Positions 13,264 through 25,745 of a stretch of 64,000 bases of DNA are shown one piece after another. The position numbers were made by a program, and so were the translations under genes. Source of the stretch: Hypanus sabinus. Its lineage: Eukaryota. Every line of letters starts with the position of its first letter. Position 1 is the stretch's first letter. Below the pieces are notes generated by a model, which was not told where the DNA came from, searched no databases, and saw only the letters and a program-made list of their open reading frames with translations. The DNA lies in the NCBI RefSeq assembly GCF_030144855.1, contig NC_082731.1, positions 26,288,001 through 26,352,000 on the forward strand, given 5' to 3'.

Positions 13264-13641
13264 GTAAGTACTGAGTAGGCATCTGACAACAACAAAAAAA
13301 ATAGTCGCGTACTTAGAGTTTTTGCCTCATTTTCCCTAATCATAAATAATGATAAGTTTCACCAATAAGTTTCCCAGTTATTAGGCTAAACAAAGCTATT
13401 GGAGTGGGGCAGAAAATATCCAGATAGATAGACAGAAAGAAAAAAAAAGATGGATGTGTAAAGTAAGAGGGAGCTATAAAGCAACAGTGAGGTTCACATA
13501 GATGCACAGGCAGACGTACAGATTGACTAATACATATAGACCATAAATACGCTAAAATGAGTGCCTATCTGCATTATTGCTTCAACTGTTATATAATATT
13601 GTATTGGAAGGCTATATTTTGTAAGAGGGTTGAGCACTGTG

Positions 13642-13701
13642 TGAGTTATACTGGCAACAAAATAATATTTGGAAGTGGAACCATAGTGACGGTAGAACCA
13701 A
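13642..13701 (+). CDS. TRAJ: J segment, intact: SYTGNKIIFGSGTIVTVEP
   Basis: Nonamer atattttgt 13614-13622, 12-bp spacer, cactgtg 13635-13641; donor at 13702. Confidence 0.92.
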
Positions 13702-14006
13702 GTAAGTGGTGACATTCCTACTGCAAGTTCCCACTTCAGTTTCCATCTGTTGGTGCGAGTGTTGGTTAATGATTGGAAATCCGTCCTTATATTTACAGGG
13801 AGAATTTTCTGAAATCTAGGTATCAAAAATACCTTTGATCTAGAAATCAGAGCATTGTGTTTTGCAGGAACGATCCTTCAAAACAAGCTTTATTTTCTCC
13901 AACCTAAGCAAATACACTTGCCGAATCGGTGATGAAGTGATTTTAGTATTTAGAAATGAAATTGGCAATGATAATAGTGCATTGGTGACGGCCACTAAAT
14001 TCAGTG

Positions 14007-14055
14007 CTCAATAAATTGTTGTTTGGAGGAAGCACCTAAATTATTGTTAATCCCG
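14007..14055 (+). pseudogene. TRAJ: Pseudo-J: LNKLLFGGST*IIVNP, RSS deleted
   Basis: In-frame TAA; gtaag donor at 14056; no RSS upstream. Confidence 0.7.
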
Positions 14056-14351
14056 GTAAGATGTTAATATTGAAAATCAGTTTTCAAAAAATTCGATATT
14101 CTGGTCTTCCTAGCATTAAGTAGATAATGGTCGCCAAGAGATTTCAGAGATTTACGTTACTACTAATAGCGAAAAAGAGCTGAATCTACACAGATATGTT
14201 ATAGCAGATTAAATGAAATCTAGATATTTTAATTTAAATGCACACGGACATGATGGGCCAAGGAGATGGCTTCGTGTTCTAGGAATCTAAGACTCAATAA
14301 TGTAAGTTAAATTTGGGGTCTGGGTGGTGGTTGTACATTGGCAGAGCTGTA

Positions 14352-14407
14352 GGAATACCTTCAAATTGATAACATTTGGATCTGTGACCAAACTGAAGTA
14401 ACGCCCA
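14352..14407 (+). pseudogene. TRAJ: Pseudo-J: NTFKLITFGSVTKLK*
   Basis: Heptamer-like agctgta, FGSV, stop codon, donor lost. Confidence 0.65.
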
Positions 14408-15659
14408 AGAAATCCGATTTGTTATGCAATTTGTCTAATTTCTACAGAGTAAAATGCAGTTTTGTTTTTATATGTGTTTCTTCCATTGTCATTAAAGACA
14501 AATTATAAAGATTAGTAGTGATTACGGGTGTGGGGTCTATCCTGCTGAGTCCGTTCTTTGTAAGGTTTGATATGTGGGAAACAGAGTTATTTACAAAGCT
14601 GTTCAAAATATGCCACTATTAAAATAAGGTAGCAATTAACTCAACAGCTTGTTAATCCAGTAGAAATTCAGAAAAAGCTTCCTCACCTGAAGAGTGATTT
14701 ATAGGAGGTGTAGACTGTCACTTGGAATGTGGTTCTTGAGCATTTCTGGAATTGAGATTCATGGGGTCAGTGCAGTGAAGAGGAAAGTGAGAGAAACAAG
14801 TTCTCGTTGTAGACAGACTGAGAAGGAAGTATCTTAAAGCCAAAAACAAAAAAAAACAAATAACAATCTCGCATTTTCAGAATTGTTGCAACATCTTTAC
14901 TGGTAATGAACTAGCTATCGTGCACCAAACAAAGCATGGACAATGGGAATATTTCTGACTGGGTGAGTTCGGAGACAAATGCAGAATATGCTGGAAATAC
15001 TAGGAAGTCAGGTGGATATCATTCACTTTCCTGCTGACCAGTTATTCCACGCAACACCAACCATCACCCGCCCCGCTGAAACTCAAAACTGTAGGGTGGT
15101 ATGCCAATCCTGATTCTGGCGAGTGGTCTTCACTATTCACTATGTTCCTCTCTCTTCTCTCAGATAGTATATCTCCTGCTGAGTGTTACCACCATTCTCT
15201 GAATTGAATGGAATTGACTAATTGCAATGAAGATGTAATGATTCTAGGGAAAATGAAAATGGAATTTAATAGGGCCAAGCGAGTAGGGGCAAACAATAAG
15301 GAAATGACTGAAATCTTTTTCTACTGAAAATCACATATCCAGAGAGTACTGTGAGAAGGAATAAAATGTCATTGATGCCAGTGTACTGATTTCCTTTGGA
15401 TCATGCACATAACCATTTTTTTTTGTGCTAAATTATTTTGTGGGAATTACCTTGGACAGAAGTTCGATGTTGTTTAGTATAGATATTGGGCTGGAGTCAA
15501 GGAAATCAGAGAACTCTTAAAAAGATTTCAGCCTGTTCAGAAATAAAAATAGAGTAGACTGAAGAATCATTCTTAGCCTTAAGAAGCCTTGCAACGTTTG
15601 GAGGATGACTGTTCTAATGAAACCCAATGAGTGTATTTGTACGGAAACCAGGCATTGTG

Positions 15660-15722
15660 TGAGTTATGCAGTCAACGCTGAGTTAACATTTGGAACCGGG
15701 ACTCGGGTAATTATTGAACCAA
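15660..15722 (+). CDS. TRAJ: J segment, intact: SYAVNAELTFGTGTRVIIEP
   Basis: Nonamer tgtatttgt 15632-15640, 12-bp spacer, cattgtg 15653-15659; donor at 15723. Confidence 0.91.
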
Positions 15723-16073
15723 GTAAGTGGTGAGAAAGCAATTCTGTCCTTCAATGACAAAAAAGTCGCACTTTCAGACCTGTTGCTGCATCTTCACTGA
15801 TAATAAACTGACCATCACGCAAATTAATTTAAACCTCAGGCATGCGGATGGATATACAGATCGACAAACAGAGTGAGACATTGAGAAGTAGAGAGATGGT
15901 GGACTCTAGATAGAGAGTTAGAGAGAAAGAGAAATGAGCAGAGATAGACATATAGCTGCACAGATAAGTAATATGAATTTGCAAGAAATGAGTTGCTGAC
16001 TGTCATGTTGCTTCATTCAGTTAGCCAACTTTAATTTGCCCCGGGGTATTTTGTAAGGAGGTTCAGCACTGTG

Positions 16074-16130
16074 TGAATTATGCAGACAAGCTCATATTTG
16101 GAAGTGGAACCAGGGTGACTGTAGAACCCA
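16074..16130 (+). CDS. TRAJ: J segment, intact: NYADKLIFGSGTRVTVEP
   Basis: Nonamer gtattttgt 16046-16054, 12-bp spacer, cactgtg 16067-16073; donor at 16131. Confidence 0.93.
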
Positions 16131-16332
16131 GTAAGTATAGACATTCCTAATATGTGGTCTATTCTGATGGTTTCCATCTGTCAGTGCAAGAACTTGTCAA
16201 TAATTGACCGTTCGCGGTTATATTTTGAGGAGGGATTTAATTAATTGTAGGTCCTAGTAACAATTACTGTACTTTGAATGAATGATGCCTTGAATCTGAA
16301 AGTAAACTATTCTGCCAACGTATCTAGAAAAA

Positions 16333-16355
16333 TACTTGGGTAATTGTTGAACCAA
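16333..16355 (+). pseudogene. TRAJ: 3' half-J fragment (acttgggtaattgttgaaccaa + gtaaat) at a duplication junction
   Basis: Matches the 3' end of the J at 15660 and its downstream flank (ggtgagaaagc...), with no 5' half or RSS. Confidence 0.7.
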
Positions 16356-16705
16356 GTAAATGGTGAGAAAGCCTTTCTGTCCTTCAATCAAAAAAAAAAA
16401 TCTCGCATTTTCAGAATTGTTGCTGCATCTTCACTGATAATAAACTGGACATCAGTCAAGTTAATTAAAGCCACAGGCATAAGAATGGATATACAGATAG
16501 ATAAGCAGAGTAAAACACTGAGAAGTAGAAAAATGGTGGGCTCTAGATAGAGATAGAGAGAAAGAGAAATGAGCACAGACAGACATATAGCTGCATAGGT
16601 AGATAAGAATGTGGAAGAAATGAGTTGCTAACATTCATGTTGCTTCATTCAGTTAGCCAATGTTCGATTAGCATGGGGTATTTGGTAAGAGGGTTCAGCA
16701 CTGTG

Positions 16706-16765
16706 TGAATTATGGGGGCAACAAGCTGATCTTTGGAAGTGGAACTAAGGTGACAGTAGAACCCA
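16706..16765 (+). CDS. TRAJ: J segment, intact: NYGGNKLIFGSGTKVTVEP
   Basis: Nonamer gtatttggt 16678-16686, 12-bp spacer, cactgtg 16699-16705; donor at 16766. Confidence 0.91.
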
Positions 16766-17067
16766 GTAAGTGCAGGCATCCCTAATATGTGGCTTAATTT
16801 GGTGGTATTGAGTGTAAGGGCTTGTCAATAATTGACCGTTCGTGGTTATATTTTGAGGAAGTATTTAACTTATTGTGGGTCCCAGAAACAATTATTGTAC
16901 TTTGAATAAATGATACTTCGAATATAAAAGTAAGCTATTCTCCCAACAAATCAAGCAAAACCACCAAATAATTCATGAATATTTCTTTGAAATGAAATAA
17001 TCAATGCCATTAGTGCACAGGAAGCAGTCACTAAACTGAGTTCTTGTCAGGCGGGTCATTTACTGTG

Positions 17068-17129
17068 TGGTTTCTAGAAGACTACACTAAATGTGTTCGA
17101 AATCGGCACCAGGTGTATTGTGAATCCTA
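17068..17129 (+). pseudogene. TRAJ: Pseudo-J: ...VFEIGTRCIVNP
   Basis: Nonamer agttcttgt with 13-bp spacer and tactgtg 17061-17067; stop in the FGXG frame, donor mutated. Confidence 0.7.
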
Positions 17130-17414
17130 ATACGATGTCAATATTCTAATTCACTTTCCAAGCAAGTGCTATATTTTGGTCAACATAATGTGATGTGGGC
17201 AATGGAGGCTGACTGGGTTCCATTGTACATTTTATAAGTAGTCTCCACTAACACAGATCCGACTTATCGGAGGGAATGTTCCAATTTTAAGCCAACTTTA
17301 TAAGCATGAATATGCTAGATCGGAAGTTTATTTCATGCTGTAGAAATCTAAGACTGTAACCTAGCCTGATCTATGCCCAGGTAAGGGGTTTCTATAGTGA
17401 ACCATAGTGCTCTG

Positions 17415-17469
17415 TGAATACCTTAAATACATTGACATTTGAATCTGGAACGAGTGAAGATGCCACCAT
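17415..17469 (+). pseudogene. TRAJ: Pseudo-J: NTLNTLTFESGTSEDATI
   Basis: Heptamer tgctctg, FESG, 3' end scrambled, donor ttaagt. Confidence 0.6.
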
Positions 17470-18427
17470 TTAAGTCCGATTTATTGTGCAGTGCTTCTAT
17501 ATTCTAGAGTGCCAAATGGACTTTTGCTGATGGAGGTCGGTTTTCCAGCATTAGGACAAATTGTACAGATTTAAAGAAATTCAGAGGTCTTACAGTGGGT
17601 ACTTTTGCACAGGTATAATAAAATAGAAATAAAAGCACCTAAAGTATTGTACAGTAGGTAGCAGATTAACTCAAGTGTGTGTCAATCTAATACAAAATTC
17701 GAACGAAAGTTCGTTACCTGAAGCATGATTACCGGAGATGCATACTGCTACTTGGAATATCACTATAAGAATCTACTGTCTTGAGGTTAATGGGATCAGT
17801 GTAGGGAAGATAAAAAGAAGTAAATCAATTCAAAGCTGCAGAGAGGGTGGGGAGGGATGATGGGGCCACCGAGAATATTTCTAATAGATTGAGATGGGAC
17901 ACAATATCAGGAAATATTGGAAACTTTCAGCAGTGGAACAAATAGCAACATTTTCCCACTGTCTGATCTGTACCTTTCCTCCATTGTCAGAAATTCAAAA
18001 CCGACCTGTCCTCTCATTCCCACACCTGACGCAGGGTCTTCCACCTGACATGTTTATGCTTGTGAGCTTCACAGGTGTTATTTGACCTGCTGTGTGTTTC
18101 AACCATTCTTTGTTTCTGTATGATATTTATCAGTAAGTCAGTAAGGATTTGAACGTTCTATGTTCTGGTCAAGATACTATGGTATGGATAATGAACGCTA
18201 TGAGATTTTACTTATATTTTATCACAGCATACAGATGTACCATGAGTGTGTGAATGAGCTGAATCTACATTAATTCATTAGCTCGGGTGACAGCTGCATA
18301 TATTAACAAATAATTATGATCGTTGGACTGAATGTCCTGCTTTCCTGCTGTATTAATCTGAGACGTGATGATGTAGATTGAATATAGGGACAGGTAAAGG
18401 GTTTTTGTATTGTTGTATAGTGATGTG

Positions 18428-18484
18428 TGAATAGCTACAATGAGCTAACATTTGGATCTGGAACCAAACTAATAGTGGAACCCA
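18428..18484 (+). CDS. TRAJ: J segment, intact: NSYNELTFGSGTKLIVEP
   Basis: Consensus nonamer ggtttttgt 18400-18408, 12-bp spacer, tgatgtg 18421-18427; donor at 18485. Confidence 0.91.
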
Positions 18485-19871
18485 GTAAGTGCAACTTATG
18501 ATGTAACATGCTTGCATTCCAGAGTGCAAAAAGCGGTTTCATTAAGAAACGTTATGCTGCATTCAGAGAGAGCACTTTATAAAGGTTAGAAGTGACTAGG
18601 GCATGCAGCTTCTCCTGTTAGTCCCGTTCTATGCAAACATTTAATGACCTTTTTTAATTAAACCTTAAGGTGTGACCAGAATTGTAAATATTAAACTAGT
18701 ACGTAGCCCGGTAACTCAACATCTTGTTAATCCAGTGAAGGATATATTTATGAAAATCTCCCTGCCTATTAAATACTTTCTGGGAAGTATGCACTGCTGC
18801 AGTGAAAATGATCCTTGGGCATTTAATGGGTTGATGGTAAGAAGGCCAGTACAGGAAAGAGAAAAGAGAGAAAAGAAATTAATGTGCAGACAGAAGCTAT
18901 TGAGGAGGCACTGAGAATAGCTCTGACAGATCAGGTCAGAGTAAGATCAGTTAAAATCAGAGTCAAAATCATAAGATATTACAAGCATTCAGACATCATT
19001 CGGATGGTACTATCTTCCCATTGTTTAATATATCCCTCCTCAACCCTTCCACAAACTCAGAACTATCCTGTATTCTCTCTACCTGTTCTGACGAAGGTTT
19101 TTCCACCTGTTCCTCTCCCCACAGATGCTGCATGGCCTGCTAAGTACTTCCAGTATTCAATGTTTTTGAGTGGAATTAATTAGTGGATCAATAAGTATGT
19201 GACTGTTTTGGATGGTTCAAAATCGATTTATTAGCCTACAACAGAGAAAGCGATTATTCGGCTTATCGAGACTACTGTTCAGAGAGCAATCCTATTCTCC
19301 AATAATTTTCCCTGCAACTCCTTTCCCGCATTTCCAAAAAATTTTACCTCATATGTTCTCACTAAGCAATTTACAGCAGCCAGCTAACTTATCTGGCACA
19401 CACCTTTCGGATGCGGGAGAAAACCGGAGAGCCCAGTTAAAGCTTACAGTGCAGAGAGGGGGAAATCACAGAGCAAATAAGGGAGTCAAATTTGCTGATT
19501 TTTTTTCTTCCAAGCATCCTTAACTGGGAATCAAACATACAGAGACATCTGTGAAGCGAAGTTAAGTCGTACAGAAACCTAACCAAACATATTATTTTGG
19601 TAGTAAAACACTACCAAAATAATGACTAATTCCTTGATTCAACCCAAGTTCAACAGGACTTAACTGACTGAATGTGGAAAATTTGGGCTATAGCCATAGG
19701 ATGTAGATGGCTGTAAAATGATTTAAATCTATTTATTAAAATGAAGCTAGGATAAAGAAAATAACTTAGATATAATGGACATTTCGACCAATATTTCACA
19801 TTATTTGAAATAAGACAGTGTAGACATAGTGAGGACCATTTAGTGTATTTGTAAAGGGGTCAGGCACCGTG

Positions 19872-19934
19872 CAAATAATGCAGCCAACACGGGGTTATTA
19901 TTTGGAACTGGGACTCGAATAATTGTCCAACCAA
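19872..19934 (+). CDS. TRAJ: J segment, intact: NNAANTGLLFGTGTRIIVQP
   Basis: Nonamer tgtatttgt 19844-19852, 12-bp spacer, caccgtg 19865-19871; donor at 19935. Confidence 0.9.
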
Positions 19935-20433
19935 GTAAGTGCTGCGAAATGCATTCTCTCTTAGAACTGCTACTTAAATTATTTTAATTATTTGTTTTAA
20001 ATGTTCGCGCTTATAAATTCGATGTGATCGATCTCCTAAATTGGAAAAGAAAATGTATTCTCTAAATCATATTCTGCATTTGATGCTGGCGGAACAATTA
20101 TTCCTTGTTGTTCATTCTTACTCTTGTTTCTGGTTTTTCCACGTGTAGTTTCGATTAGTTAGTACAAAAATAATGTCAATTTTCGTAAAATGGTTGATTA
20201 TTTTCACATGTACTGATGAGAGTGAGATTATTTGCATATACTTTATAGAGGAGTTTGATAAATTACGTACTCCTGTATGGATCGGACTTCAGATGAATAA
20301 TACTCCAAAATCTAAGATAATCCATTTTCCTAAATTATCAAACTTTAATCTTCGAAGTGAAATATCCAATAACAACAATACACAATGAGCAGCCACTAAA
20401 TTGAGCTCTTGGAAGGGGTAGGTGGTTACTCTG

Positions 20434-20495
20434 TTCGTTCTGGTGAGCTCTGCAAATTAATGCTGGAAGTAACATCAGAATTCTTTATCTTGTTC
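20434..20495 (+). pseudogene. TRAJ: Very decayed pseudo-J (RSGELCKLM...)
   Basis: Flank matches that of the J at 25084 (gcagccactaaa...ctcttgg); heptamer-like tactctg; FGXG and donor lost. Confidence 0.35.
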
Positions 20496-20780
20496 AGGTG
20501 TTAATATTCAGAATCGATTTTAAAGAAATTCTATATCCTGGTCAATATATTATGGAATAGGTAGAGGATCACAGCAGATTTCAGTGATATATTGCCATTA
20601 AATTCATAAGTGCCATAACACGTGAAAACCATTCTGCCAACACTAATTCATCGGATGCAATGAAAGGTGACTTAAATAAGTATGGATTCATATGGCCGAA
20701 TAATCTGTTTTGTTCTGGATAGAATGAATGTTGAAATTGGGGCTAAGTGAGGGGTTTCTGTACAAGTCTGTGGTGCTGTG

Positions 20781-20837
20781 TGAATAACATGAATGTGCTG
20801 ATATTTGGATCTGGAAGCAAACTGAAGGTGAAACCCA
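20781..20837 (+). CDS. TRAJ: J segment, intact: NNMNVLIFGSGSKLKVKP
   Basis: Nonamer ggtttctgt 20753-20761, 12-bp spacer, tgctgtg 20774-20780; donor at 20838. Confidence 0.91.
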
Positions 20838-22190
20838 GTAAGTCTGGTTTATTATGCAATGTCTCACATGCCAATAATTTACTATGAAGTTTTGTTGATT
20901 AGCATCGGATTTGTGCCATAAAAGTAACTTATAGTGATTAAAAGATGAGGTTTGTCGGAGTGGGTGACTTCTATGCAAGGTATTGATAAGTTGGATCTAA
21001 ATAAGCAGGCGAAAAAGAAAATTCAAAACGTGGAGCTATGAAAATAGATAGTAAATAACTCATTCAATTAACAGGAAGTCTCTCCACACAAAGCATGTTT
21101 TATGGGAAATATCCACTGTCACTTTGAATATGATTCTTCAGCATTTATTAACTTAAGGATAATTCTGCTGGCGTGGGAAAGTAAAAGGAGGAAACAAGTT
21201 AAAGTCGCAGAGATGATGGGGAGGGATGGAGGTGTCAGTAGGAATTTCTCCAACAGGATGAATTTGGAGACAAAAAAATCAGAAAATACTTGGAACACTC
21301 AGAAGTTAACCTCAACTTGACTTTTTGCTTCCCAGCTCACTGTTTCCAAATGAAAGTATTTATCAGGTCAATAATAAAGTAAACCTTGTAGAAAGAGGGC
21401 AAAAGGGATTTATTTCAAAACGATATTCATGAAGTCTAGTCAGCACAAGAACCTCTGCCGTTCACAGAGCAATCCGATTCCTCCACAGAGTTCCCTTGTG
21501 ACCTCTATTCCCAGAATTTCAAACTCTTCTACCTTCCATTATCTATCGGCGCAATTGACACCTGTCAATTAAGCTACCGACCTGCAGATCTTTGGGATGT
21601 TGGATAGACTGGAAATACCCCGATTAAACCCATAGGATAGTCAGGGGGAACTACCCGAACATATTCAGGCGAAATTCCTGCAATATCTTTCACTTTAGCC
21701 ACCTGCTAATAGAAATTAATCATGAAGATGACACTCTGAGGGAAAATAAAATCGCATGCACAATAATTTCCTTGGGGGCCCATAGTTAATTCATGGGACA
21801 ATATATTTTTATTGTGTCACCTAAACACCTGTTACTGGGATTAAAAATTACAGAGGGAACAATGAAGATGAATAAAATCACACGCAAGCTAATAAACTTA
21901 TTTCCCTTAGATCCCATAGATAAATCATGTATTGGACCATGTATTCTTATTATGATATAGTTGTGAGTGAAGACTAAGTTGGACAGGAACTTAGTGACTT
22001 TACGAGTGGGAATTTGGGCTGCAATGATGGGAATTTGAATGGTGTGATAATTGTAATTGCTTCTAAACTAAGGCCAGATTGTAGAAAAATGAAATTTCAG
22101 GGTCATTGAGGTCGCTGCATATTATTATTTGGGAGAAAAAACAATGGGGATATTGTTATGACTAGAAAGTGTATTTGTAAAGGTACTGTG

Positions 22191-22253
22191 TGAATTCTGG
22201 AAGCAGCTGGGAGTTAATATTTGGAACCGGAACTCGAGTAATTGTCGAACCAA
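22191..22253 (+). pseudogene. TRAJ: Open J with collapsed RSS (5-bp spacer): NSGSSWELIFGTGTRVIVEP
   Basis: Nonamer tgtatttgt 22170-22178, only aaagg before tactgtg 22184-22190; coding frame and gtaagc donor (22254) intact. Confidence 0.85.
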
Positions 22254-22737
22254 GTAAGCTTCAAAAAAGCCATTCTTCCTTAGAATTCTTGATTAAAATT
22301 CCAAACCATCTTATGAATTCTAAAAGCAAGATTTCAGAAAATATGTAAATGTAACCTCATTTCCTGCTAGGTTATATGCTATGTTTCTTAATGATCCACA
22401 TTAAGAAAGAGTATGTTACTTAATACATTGTAGCATAAAATGTGCACCAATAAATTATTTTTGCATTTTCAGAGTTTTTGCTCCAACTTTGCAAGTTAAA
22501 TAAAACTACATTCAGACGAGTAGACACTGTTACGGTTAGACGGAGATAGCGAGAGGGAGAGAGGAAGAGGGGGACAGAAGAACGAGGAATAGGGAGAGAG
22601 ATGTGCAGACGGAAGTATAGAAGACAATATATATAAAATAAATATGATATACTGAGTATCCATCTACAATATTGCTTCACACAGTCTGCCAATATTGGAT
22701 AGGCGGGGAGAATTTTGTAAGAGGGTTGAGCACTGTG

Positions 22738-22797
22738 TGAATGATGCGGGCACAAAAGTAATATTTGGAAGTGGAACCAGACTGACAGTGGAACCCA
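22738..22797 (+). CDS. TRAJ: J segment, intact: NDAGTKVIFGSGTRLTVEP
   Basis: Nonamer gaattttgt 22710-22718, 12-bp spacer, cactgtg 22731-22737; donor at 22798. Confidence 0.92.
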
Positions 22798-23107
22798 GTA
22801 AGTGCTGACATCCCTGAATCTATGTTTTACTTTGGTAATTTTCATCAGTTAGTACAAGAGTGCATTAGCAATTGGAAACTTCTGCTAATAAATTAATCAG
22901 GTATTGATAAATTGTTGGTCCCAATAAGCATTTTCCATTGAATGATCAGCGCCTCAAATTGGAAAAGCATCTATTATCCTAAATTGTCAAAAATAATTAC
23001 GAAGCAAATGATGAAGTTATTTTATTGTTGAAATTAAATATGTCATGCCAATAGTGCATAGGGAGCAGCCATTAAAATGTGTTCTTGCGGAGGTGCCGTT
23101 TACTGTG

Positions 23108-23170
23108 TGAGCACTGGACGCTTCAGTAAATTAGATTTTGGAAGTGGCACCAGGCATGTTGTCAAACTTA
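23108..23170 (+). CDS. TRAJ: J segment, open: STGRFSKLDFGSGTRHVVKL
   Basis: Nonamer tgttcttgc 23080-23088, 12-bp spacer, tactgtg 23101-23107; donor at 23171; atypical G-strand residues (RHVVKL). Confidence 0.8.
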
Positions 23171-23370
23171 GTAAGTTATCCATATTCAAAATTAGATTCT
23201 AATCCCATTCTGTAACTTGAGCAACCTGGCATGAACTGGGAATCGGACACCAATAGATGTCAGCTATATTTTGTCATGAACTACTTAGGTATCAGAAATA
23301 CGTGAAGATAACTCAATCTGATTACTGATTCCCCAGGTAAAATGCAAAGGTATTTGAAAGTATATAATTG

Positions 23371-23422
23371 ATAATTCCCAAGTATAGTTTCCAATCTGGA
23401 ACCAAACTGAGGGTGGAACCCA
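23371..23422 (+). pseudogene. TRAJ: Pseudo-J remnant: ...FQSGTKLRVEP
   Basis: tctggaaccaaactgagggtggaaccca followed by ttaagg (donor lost); no RSS. Confidence 0.6.
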
Positions 23423-24077
23423 TTAAGGCCAATTAATCATGTGATGTGTCGAAATTCTGAAGACTGCATTTTAATTTTGTTAATATATTATCTTCTAGTC
23501 ATTTAAAGCGAATTGTTCAGATTATGAATGATTGAGTGGATGGGTGTGTCTTTGTAGTTGACTACAATGACAATGCAGAAACCCACGGAATTTAGGCGAT
23601 GACATCTTCCTCCAGTTGTCCGATCCATGCTACGTGACCCTCTTTGAAACTTAAAACTAACTTGTCTTCGCTCTTTCCCAGATTGGGGAAGGTGCACGGT
23701 GGGGGAGGGGGTATCACTGAGCAAATGAGAGCGAAAAGTGAAGAGGTTACTCAATTTTTCCCCTATAAGCTTTTTTACTGGGAATCAAAGATACACAGGG
23801 AACTCCGAAACGACAGGAAATCACGTGCAAACACTTGCAATTGTTTTGTTTCCGGAGTGCAGATAAATCCTGTTTATTTTTAATTATGTTACATTAATTT
23901 CTGGAATTCAGTACATTTATGCAACATGATTACACAGATTCAAAGGAAGTAAATAGCTGGAAAATAAATATTAGGTTTAATGGGCATTATTGTCGCTATA
24001 TTTCATTTTCTTAGAAGAAGGCATTGTGGACATGGTTAAGGCCAGTAGATGTATTTGTAAAGAGGTCAGACACTGTG

Positions 24078-24140
24078 TGAGTTCTGGTGGCAACACGAAG
24101 TTAATATTTGGAACGGGGACTCGATTAATTGTTGTACCAA
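24078..24140 (+). CDS. TRAJ: J segment, intact: SSGGNTKLIFGTGTRLIVVP
   Basis: Nonamer tgtatttgt 24050-24058, 12-bp spacer, cactgtg 24071-24077; donor at 24141. Confidence 0.92.
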
Positions 24141-24743
24141 GTAAGTGTTAAGAAAGCAATCCTACTTACAGCTCCTTTTGAAATTAAATATAACTCTCAT
24201 TTATTCTAATTGCAGCCTTGCAGCAAATATGGCAATGCCATGAGATGTGACCGCTGTATCCAAAGTTAGAACACGGTTTGCCACTCAATCCGGACAACCA
24301 ACCAATTCCCCGTTTTTAGTATTATTCCAACATTGTACTCGTAATTGACTAATTATCACGCCAGTTGAAAGGAAGCTATGGATGGCTAGAGAAGTTGGCA
24401 TGTAAACAGTCAGAGAGAAAAATTGGAGAGACAGATACAAAGCGAGAGAACGTGATGTAGAGAAAGTGAGGGACAGCATTTGATAACAGCTCAATACATG
24501 CACAGTATGTATTGTTCCAGTCATGAAGAAGTAGAACATTTACTTCCATGGATACTGCCTCATTTGCTGAGTTCTTCCAGCATCTTGTGTATGTTGCTTT
24601 GGATTTCTAATATCTGCATAATTTCTTATGCTTTGAATACATATATAATATAAATATCTAAAACGGGGAGTTATCGATATTATTGCTTCAAACGGCCAAT
24701 CTTGGATTGCCAATGGTTTATTTTGTAACTGTTCAGCATTGTC

Positions 24744-24803
24744 TGAATTATGCAGACAACCAGCTAATCTGTGGAAGAGACACCAGGGTGATTGCAGAAC
24801 CCC
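24744..24803 (+). pseudogene. TRAJ: Pseudo-J: NYADNQLICGRDTRVIAEP
   Basis: 10-bp spacer, heptamer cattgtc, FGXG changed to CGRD; donor at 24804 intact. Confidence 0.8.
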
Positions 24804-25083
24804 GTAAGTGCTGAGTATATCACTTCGTTTTCCTTGAGTGTGTCAAAAGTTCGAAATCTGTGGTTCTACTTTGAGAAGTTATTTGATAAATTGAGGATCC
24901 TAGTAAGCATTATACTTTTAATGAATATTACTTCAAATATGAAATTATTCCCTCAACAAGGCAACGAAAATGACCAAATAGATGAAGAAGTTGTTTTAAT
25001 GTTTGAAATAAAATATCTGGTGCCAATAGTGCACAAGGGGGGAGCCACTGAAATGATTTCTTGTCAGGGGCTCATTTACTGTG

Positions 25084-25146
25084 TGAGTTCCGGGGGGCTA
25101 AACAAGTTAGTGTTTGGAAGCGGCACAAGGCTTTTTGTTAAACCTG
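25084..25146 (+). CDS. TRAJ: J segment, intact: SSGGLNKLVFGSGTRLFVKP
   Basis: Nonamer atttcttgt 25056-25064, 12-bp spacer, tactgtg 25077-25083; donor at 25147. Confidence 0.9.
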
Positions 25147-25409
25147 GTAAGTTATCAATATTCAGAATTAGATTCCAATCACATTCAGTATTCAGATCAA
25201 ATGACATACTGTTGACAATGGACGTCATCTATACTTTCTCATAACATGCTTAGGTGCTCCAAGCCTATGAAAGCAACTGAATCCACACCGATTTCATTCA
25301 TCAAAAAAATCCTAAGTGATTTCTGTGAATCATAATTCATAATGATAACCTGGGCATAGACTTAGAGTAACCAGTAAAAGTTTAGATGGAATACAAAGAA
25401 GAAAGTTAG

Positions 25410-25745
25410 GTCTTTATTTTTTGGAGCGCAGAAGGTCGAGGGGGGACTTGATAGAGGTATTTAAAATTATGAGGTTGATAGATAGAGTTGACGTGGATAA
25501 GCTTTTTCCCATTGAGACTAGGAGAGATTCAAAAAAGTGGATATGAGTTGAGAGTTAAGGGGCAAAAATTTAGGGGTAACGCGAGGTGGAACTTCTTTAC
25601 TCAGAGAGTGGTAGCTGTGTGGAACGAGCTTCCAGTAGAAGTGGTAGAGGCAGGTTCGATTTTGTCACTTAAAAAAAATTGGATAGGTATATGGACAGGA
25701 AAGGAATGGAGGGTTGTGGGCTGAGTGCAGGCAGGTGGGACTAGG
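25410..25745 (+). mobile_element. CR1-like LINE 3' fragment
   Basis: Encodes ...RVKGQKFRGNARWNFFTQRVVAVWNELPVEVVEAGS..., nearly the same as the end of the LINE at 7902-8200. Confidence 0.85.
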
